Source of the DNA: an uncultured Flavobacteriales bacterium | Lineage (GTDB): Bacteria > Bacteroidota > Bacteroidia > Palsa-965 | Direction of reading: 5' to 3' | Assembly (NCBI GenBank): GCA_903873905.1 | Contig: CAIQQJ010000057.1 | Coordinates: forward strand, 8,058-72,057 | DNA length: 64,000 nt | In this document: positions 59,087 through 64,000 of the stretch, piece after piece | Layout of the letters: each line of letters begins with the position of its first letter | Position numbering within the stretch: position 1 is the first letter of the stretch | Notes under the pieces: generated by a model | What the model saw: only the letters and a program-made list of their open reading frames with translations | Told to the model about the DNA's origin: nothing | The model's database searches: none | Made by a program: the position numbers and the translations under genes

Positions 59087-59218
59087 TGAAAAAGCTTCTC
59101 ATTTTTGATGAGCCTTTTTTGATTTTATTAAAAAGGAAAATCTATATTGTTACCTAAATGTGTTTCTTAATACAAGAACTATCCCAATTAATACACAAAG
59201 AAGAATAATACAATCTCA

Positions 59219-60706
59219 ATGAAAATAAAATCCTTCCACGGTTTGGTGTTGTTGTGCCTGTTCAATACAATGGTGCACGCACAAAAAATTCAAGCGACTT
59301 ATTCTTCAAGTTCATTTGCTGGACCATTCTCAGGAAAAGTCATTTTATATCTTTCAAAAGAACTTCATTCACCCAAAGATGCGGTCGACAATATTCCTTC
59401 GTTCTGCTGTTTTGCCATTACCGTAAAAGATATTCAACCCAACTCCCCAGTTGTATTTGATGATGCCGCAATTTATTTTCCGGTAAAGTTGTCCGATATT
59501 GAACGTGGTGAATATTATGCGCAAGTAGTTTGGGATCGCAACACAGGCGGTCGCAACATTGGAAGCTGCCCCGACAATATGTTCAACGCTTCAGTGAAAT
59601 TCAACTTCACAAAAAAAATCAAACAAACTTTTTTGATCAAATGCGATTCTGTCATACCGAATCCAACCTTCGTTGAAGTGCCGTTCATGAAAGAACTAAA
59701 AGCACATTCTGATTTGCTCACTGCATTTTATCATAGGGAAACTACTGTTGATGGCGCTGTCAATCTACCTGCGGAATATTACACCGATCCTTCGCGCAAA
59801 TTTCCAGTCGAGTTCGTCGTGCTCGGTTATGGTGGCGACTATCATTGGAATTCAGAGGATACGCTTAAAGCATGGCCACTCGATTCTTTTCCCTGCATTC
59901 GCGTTTTCCTTGATGGCAATTGTCCGTGGGGCCACAGCACGTATGCAAATAGTGTGAACACGGGTCCATGGGGAGACGCACTTGTGAATGAATTCATTCC
60001 TGCATTGGAGAAAAAGTTTCGTTGCAATGGCGCACGTTTTGTTTCAGGTCACAGCAGTGGAGGTTGGAGTTCATTGTGGCTGCAAGTAAATTATCCGAAA
60101 ACATTTGCAGGTTGCTGGTCGAGTTCTCCTGATCCTGTTGATTTTCGCAATTACGAGATGATTGATATTTATAAAGAAAAAAATATGTTTTATGATCAGG
60201 ATTCTTCTTTGCGTGTGGACGGTGCTATTGCTGGATACAGCGGTATGCCTTGGATTTTTTTCAAGGATGATTATCGAATTGAAAATGTGTTGTGGCGTGG
60301 TGAACAGTATTGGTCATGGAATGCAGTATGGGGTGGAAAGTTGAGTAACGGATTACCGGAAAACATCTGTGATCCCAACACAGGAATTATTGATAGCGTA
60401 GTTGCATCGCACTGGAAGAACTACGACATCTCTTTAATTCTTCGAACGAACTGGAATGAATTACAACCAGAACTCGATAATAAGATTCGAATTACAGCTG
60501 GCAATTCTGATAATTACTCTCTTGACAAATCAGTGAAGTTGTTGGAATCAGAAATGAAAAAGTTGAATGCAAAAATGGAATTCGTCTATTATCCAGGCGA
60601 TCACTTTACAGTCTGGACAAACCCAACTTTTGTTGTTGATGGCCAGCATTTCCTTGCTCAAAAATATGTGGAATGGTTGAAGCTGCATCCTGAGTCGAAG
60701 AAATAG
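59219..60706 (+). CDS. Secreted alpha/beta hydrolase (putative esterase)
   Basis: Signal peptide; ANSVNTGPWGDALV-x-EFIP, GHSSGGWS nucleophile, PDPVDF, PGDH. Confidence 0.88.
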   Translation: MKIKSFHGLVLLCLFNTMVHAQKIQATYSSSSFAGPFSGKVILYLSKELHSPKDAVDNIPSFCCFAITVKDIQPNSPVVFDDAAIYFPVKLSDIERGEYYAQVVWDRNTGGRNIGSCPDNMFNASVKFNFTKKIKQTFLIKCDSVIPNPTFVEVPFMKELKAHSDLLTAFYHRETTVDGAVNLPAEYYTDPSRKFPVEFVVLGYGGDYHWNSEDTLKAWPLDSFPCIRVFLDGNCPWGHSTYANSVNTGPWGDALVNEFIPALEKKFRCNGARFVSGHSSGGWSSLWLQVNYPKTFAGCWSSSPDPVDFRNYEMIDIYKEKNMFYDQDSSLRVDGAIAGYSGMPWIFFKDDYRIENVLWRGEQYWSWNAVWGGKLSNGLPENICDPNTGIIDSVVASHWKNYDISLILRTNWNELQPELDNKIRITAGNSDNYSLDKSVKLLESEMKKLNAKMEFVYYPGDHFTVWTNPTFVVDGQHFLAQKYVEWLKLHPESKK

Positions 60707-60833
60707 TCTGTAAGGTAATTTCTGATTTTGTTTTTTCATAGCACCCAAATCTTTTCACATAATTTTTTTGCTGATAAGTTTATTCAGTAAGGTTGAAATA
60801 TTCCTGAAATGAGATTTAAATTTGCAATTGTAA

Positions 60834-61652
60834 ATGTCATTATACTTTTCCTCCATCAATTCAGGCAGCAATGGGAATTGTTATTACATCGGTAATAACG
60901 AGGATGCTGTATTTGTTGATGTGGGATTGTCGTGTAAGGAAATTGAAAAGCGGATGATTCGTTCAGGATTATCCATGCAGAGGGTGAAGGCAATTTTCAT
61001 TTCGCATGAACACATCGATCATATTCGTGGAATGGAAGTGATTTCCAAGAAATATGAAATTCCGGTTTACATCAATGAAAAAACATTGGCAAACTCAAGA
61101 ATGAAATTGAATTCACACTTGGTTCGCACCTTTGCAGATGAAGAAATTATTTCCATTGATTCACTGCAGGTAATTCCATTTATCAAATCACACGACGCTG
61201 CTGATCCTTACAGTTTTTCTGTCATTGGTAACAATGCTCGTGTTGGCGTGTTCACGGACATCGGAACGGTTTGTGAAAAACTGAGTAATCATTTCAGTCA
61301 ATGCCACGCCGCTTTTTTGGAAGCAAATTATGATGAGGCAATGCTGGAAAATGGAAACTATCCGATTTATCTGAAAAAAAGAATTCGGGGAAGTCATGGA
61401 CATTTATCCAATGATCAGGCCTTGGAACTTTTTAAGGAAAACAAATCGGAAAATCTCTCATTGTTGTTTTTAGCACATTTGTCAAAAGAAAATAATTCTC
61501 CCCAGTTGGTTCAGGAATTATTTCAAGAACATTCGAACACAACAAGAATTGAGATCGCAAGTCGACATGAAGAGTCGGCTATTTTTAAAATAGATGCTGC
61601 TGGTGTATTGGAAGAGATTGACGTACAAAAACAATTTATTTTGCAGATCTGA
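60834..61652 (+). CDS. MBL-fold metallo-hydrolase (YycJ/WalJ-like)
   Basis: SGSNGNC, SHEHIDH, HDAADP, LEANYD, GHLSN, AHLS; TAAATTTG -7 element at 60817-60824. Confidence 0.92.
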   Translation: MSLYFSSINSGSNGNCYYIGNNEDAVFVDVGLSCKEIEKRMIRSGLSMQRVKAIFISHEHIDHIRGMEVISKKYEIPVYINEKTLANSRMKLNSHLVRTFADEEIISIDSLQVIPFIKSHDAADPYSFSVIGNNARVGVFTDIGTVCEKLSNHFSQCHAAFLEANYDEAMLENGNYPIYLKKRIRGSHGHLSNDQALELFKENKSENLSLLFLAHLSKENNSPQLVQELFQEHSNTTRIEIASRHEESAIFKIDAAGVLEEIDVQKQFILQI

Positions 61653-61797
61653 ACCAGTCTCAAATGGCTCGATGTTACAAGTGGCCACTTCAATAAATTT
61701 GTGAAGAGCTAGATCTGCTAATCTAACACTAACTGAACAATAAAAAACACGACCTTTGCAATTCCTCCAAGGGAGTTCCTTCGGAATAATTTTTACC

Positions 61798-62277
61798 ATG
61801 CCAACAAAAACAAAACGCCTTTCTTTCGACGAGATCTACATGGAACTTGCGGAAAACCTCGGACTTCGTTCCCATTGTGTAAAAGCAAAAGTAGGAGCTG
61901 TTCTAACAAAGGATACTCGAATCATTTCGCTAGGCTACAATGGTCCGCCAGCGGGTACACATAATTGCGATGTTGAATGGCCCGACGAAGGTTGTCCTCG
62001 TGATTCAAAAGGATCCTGTTCACTTGCGCTGCATGCAGAAATGAATGCGATTCTTTACGCATCAAAAAACAATGTACCGTTGGAAGGTTGCACTTTGTAT
62101 GTAACACTTTCACCTTGCATTTCGTGTGCGCGTATCATTTACACTGCGGGAATCAGACACGTTATTTTCAAAAATTCTTATGCTGAATACAAAGGCATAC
62201 CAACTGATGAGGGAGTTGAATTCCTCCGCAAGTTTGGCGTTACAGTTGATCGATACATTTCCAACGACAAAAAATAA
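61798..62277 (+). CDS. dCMP deaminase family protein
   Basis: RSHC-x-x-x-x-VGA, GYNG, HAEMNAI, SPCISC. Confidence 0.93.
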   Translation: MPTKTKRLSFDEIYMELAENLGLRSHCVKAKVGAVLTKDTRIISLGYNGPPAGTHNCDVEWPDEGCPRDSKGSCSLALHAEMNAILYASKNNVPLEGCTLYVTLSPCISCARIIYTAGIRHVIFKNSYAEYKGIPTDEGVEFLRKFGVTVDRYISNDKK

Positions 62278-62279
62278 AA

Positions 62280-63863
62280 ATGCGAAGGCTGATTGTTTTA
62301 TTACCGCTTATTATTGGTGTTTCAATTGCTGCTGGTGTTTTATTGGGCAGCCGCATTGGACACAAATCAAATGATGATTCGGATGAAAATTCATTCGGAA
62401 AAATAAAGGCGGTGCTCAGCTATGTTCAGGCAAATTATGTGGATTCTGTCAATGCTGAAAAATTAACGGATCTTACTTTGGAAGAAATGTTGCAACATCT
62501 CGATCCGCATTCAGATTATTTTACCGCTGAGGAAACAAAAGCAATGAACGAACCTTTGAAAGGAAACTTTGATGGGATTGGAATCGAATACAATTTTGTT
62601 CGTGATACACTTGTTGTGATGGCTGTAATTCCTGGCGGCCCTTCTGAAAAAGCCGGTTTGCAAACGGGAGATCGTATTGTGCGAGCGAACGACACTTTAA
62701 TCGTTGGAAAAAATGCAGGCGAAGACTTTATCAGAAAAAAACTTCGTGGACCTAAGGGAACAAAAGTTACCGTGAAAATAAAACGTCCGACAAAAGTGGC
62801 AATGTTCGATGTGAGCATCACGCGTGGAAGCATTCCGATTCACAGCGTTGAAGGTTCGTACATGTTGAACGGTGAAGTTGGTTATGTAAAACTCAATCGT
62901 TTTGCAGAAACGAGTTACGATGAATTTGTAAATGCATGCGATTCACTTCTTAAACTCGGCATGAAAAAAATCGTTCTCGATCTTCGTGGAAATGGAGGAG
63001 GATATCTTAGTGCAGCTACTTCCATCGCAGATGAATTTTTGTCGAAAGGCAAAATGATTGTTTATACAAAAGGCCGAATGGATGGTGAAGAAAAAAGTCT
63101 CGCTACTGATAAAGGCAATCTAGAAAATATGCCACTTGTAATTTTAGTGGATGAGAATTCCGCATCAGCAAGTGAAATTCTTGCGGGCGCCATTCAGGAT
63201 AATGATCGCGGTGAAATTGTTGGAAGAAGAACATTTGGAAAAGGATTGGTGCAAGAAGAAAAACAATTGAACGATGGTTCAGCATTTCGTTTGACCATTG
63301 CACGCTATTACACACCAACAGGACGTTGCATTCAAAAGCCTTATGATAAAGGATTGGCAGCTTACGAAGCGGATGAACAGAACCGTTACAAACATGGAGA
63401 ATTTGTAAATGCCGATAGCATCAAATTCCCCGACTCCTTAAAGTTCAAAACTCCCGGTGGAAAAATTGTTTACGGTGGAGGAGGAATCATGCCCGATCTT
63501 TTTGTGCCGCTGGATACATCAGAAGGTTCAAAATTCCTTAATGATCTTTTTTACAAAGACATTTTCACACTTTGGTCGCTTGATTATGTGCAGAAGAACA
63601 AAGGAGAACTTTTGAAATTGGGATTATCGAAATTCAGAACCAACTTTGTGGTTTCAGACGCGATGGTGAATGAATTGATTGCGATCGGTGGAAAAAATGG
63701 AGTAGAAAAAAACGAGGCTCAATTATTCCGCTCCATCGTGTTGGTTCGTAAATACATGAAAGCTGCCATTGCAAGAAATGTGTGGGGCAGTGCTGGTTAT
63801 TTGCAAATTTGGAATCAGGACGATACGTTTCTGCATGCCGCATTGAGCACCTTCAAAAAATAA
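62280..63863 (+). CDS. S41 family C-terminal processing protease
   Basis: LDPHS, PDZ domain, LDLRGNGGG, SASASEI, RTFGKGLVQ, RYYTPTGRCIQ. Confidence 0.95.
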   Translation: MRRLIVLLPLIIGVSIAAGVLLGSRIGHKSNDDSDENSFGKIKAVLSYVQANYVDSVNAEKLTDLTLEEMLQHLDPHSDYFTAEETKAMNEPLKGNFDGIGIEYNFVRDTLVVMAVIPGGPSEKAGLQTGDRIVRANDTLIVGKNAGEDFIRKKLRGPKGTKVTVKIKRPTKVAMFDVSITRGSIPIHSVEGSYMLNGEVGYVKLNRFAETSYDEFVNACDSLLKLGMKKIVLDLRGNGGGYLSAATSIADEFLSKGKMIVYTKGRMDGEEKSLATDKGNLENMPLVILVDENSASASEILAGAIQDNDRGEIVGRRTFGKGLVQEEKQLNDGSAFRLTIARYYTPTGRCIQKPYDKGLAAYEADEQNRYKHGEFVNADSIKFPDSLKFKTPGGKIVYGGGGIMPDLFVPLDTSEGSKFLNDLFYKDIFTLWSLDYVQKNKGELLKLGLSKFRTNFVVSDAMVNELIAIGGKNGVEKNEAQLFRSIVLVRKYMKAAIARNVWGSAGYLQIWNQDDTFLHAALSTFKK

Positions 63864-63891
63864 AGCGATTCCCTTTTCAGGAAATCGCTTT
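63862..63891. terminator. Hairpin between convergent genes
   Basis: AAAGCGATTCCC...GGAAATCGCTTT. Confidence 0.65.
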
Positions 63892-63914
63892 CAAAAAATT
63901 CTGAATATTAATTG

Positions 63915-64000
63915 TTATTTCTTTTTCAGTTTTGCTAGTGAATCTGCAAGATGAATTGAATCTGCTTTTTTCTGAGCTTTATTAGCTGCATCATTAGCCG
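63915..64000 (-). CDS. C-terminal end of an unknown gene entering from beyond the window
   Basis: Minus-strand open frame ...ANDAANKAQKKADSIHLADSLAKLKKK*. Confidence 0.5.
   Translation of the reverse strand, partial: ANDAANKAQKKADSIHLADSLAKLKKK

Noticed and set aside
1..64000. CRISPR array or cas genes
   Set aside because: No regularly spaced 25-45 bp repeats with unique spacers and no Cas-like ORFs; the repeats seen are dispersed or 7-mer tandem.

Overview
AT-rich chromosomal window from a Bacteroidota bacterium, inferred from type IX secretion C-terminal domains, TAnnTTTG promoters, alpha2-type GlyRS and a eukaryote-like class Ia nrdBA. Housekeeping genes (marC, rluF, metX/metZ, nrdAB, glyQS, pth-rplY-prs, tRNA-Leu(CAA), dCMP deaminase, S41 protease) alternate with a dense set of membrane signalling genes. 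These include six periplasmic-sensor/PP2C(SpoIIE) phosphatases and two TPR receptors that stop right after the conserved DSIHYAKRIQ helix and have no catalytic domain. Main candidates for undescribed biology: (1) the 28.8-43.9 kb minus-strand block, with phosphatase-less TPR receptors beside a full phosphatase, twin Crp/Fnr regulators with a non-canonical recognition helix, and three exported-protein genes sharing a ~60 bp upstream motif; (2) a recombinase-less cassette stack at the tRNA-Leu 3' end, bounded by att-like sites whose GTTCGA motif is shifted 5 bp relative to the tRNA; (3) a recurring FNR-like palindrome and several families of small intergenic repeats. No CRISPR array, rRNA, transposase, integrase or reverse transcriptase was seen. 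All family calls come from reading motifs by eye; no database search was run.
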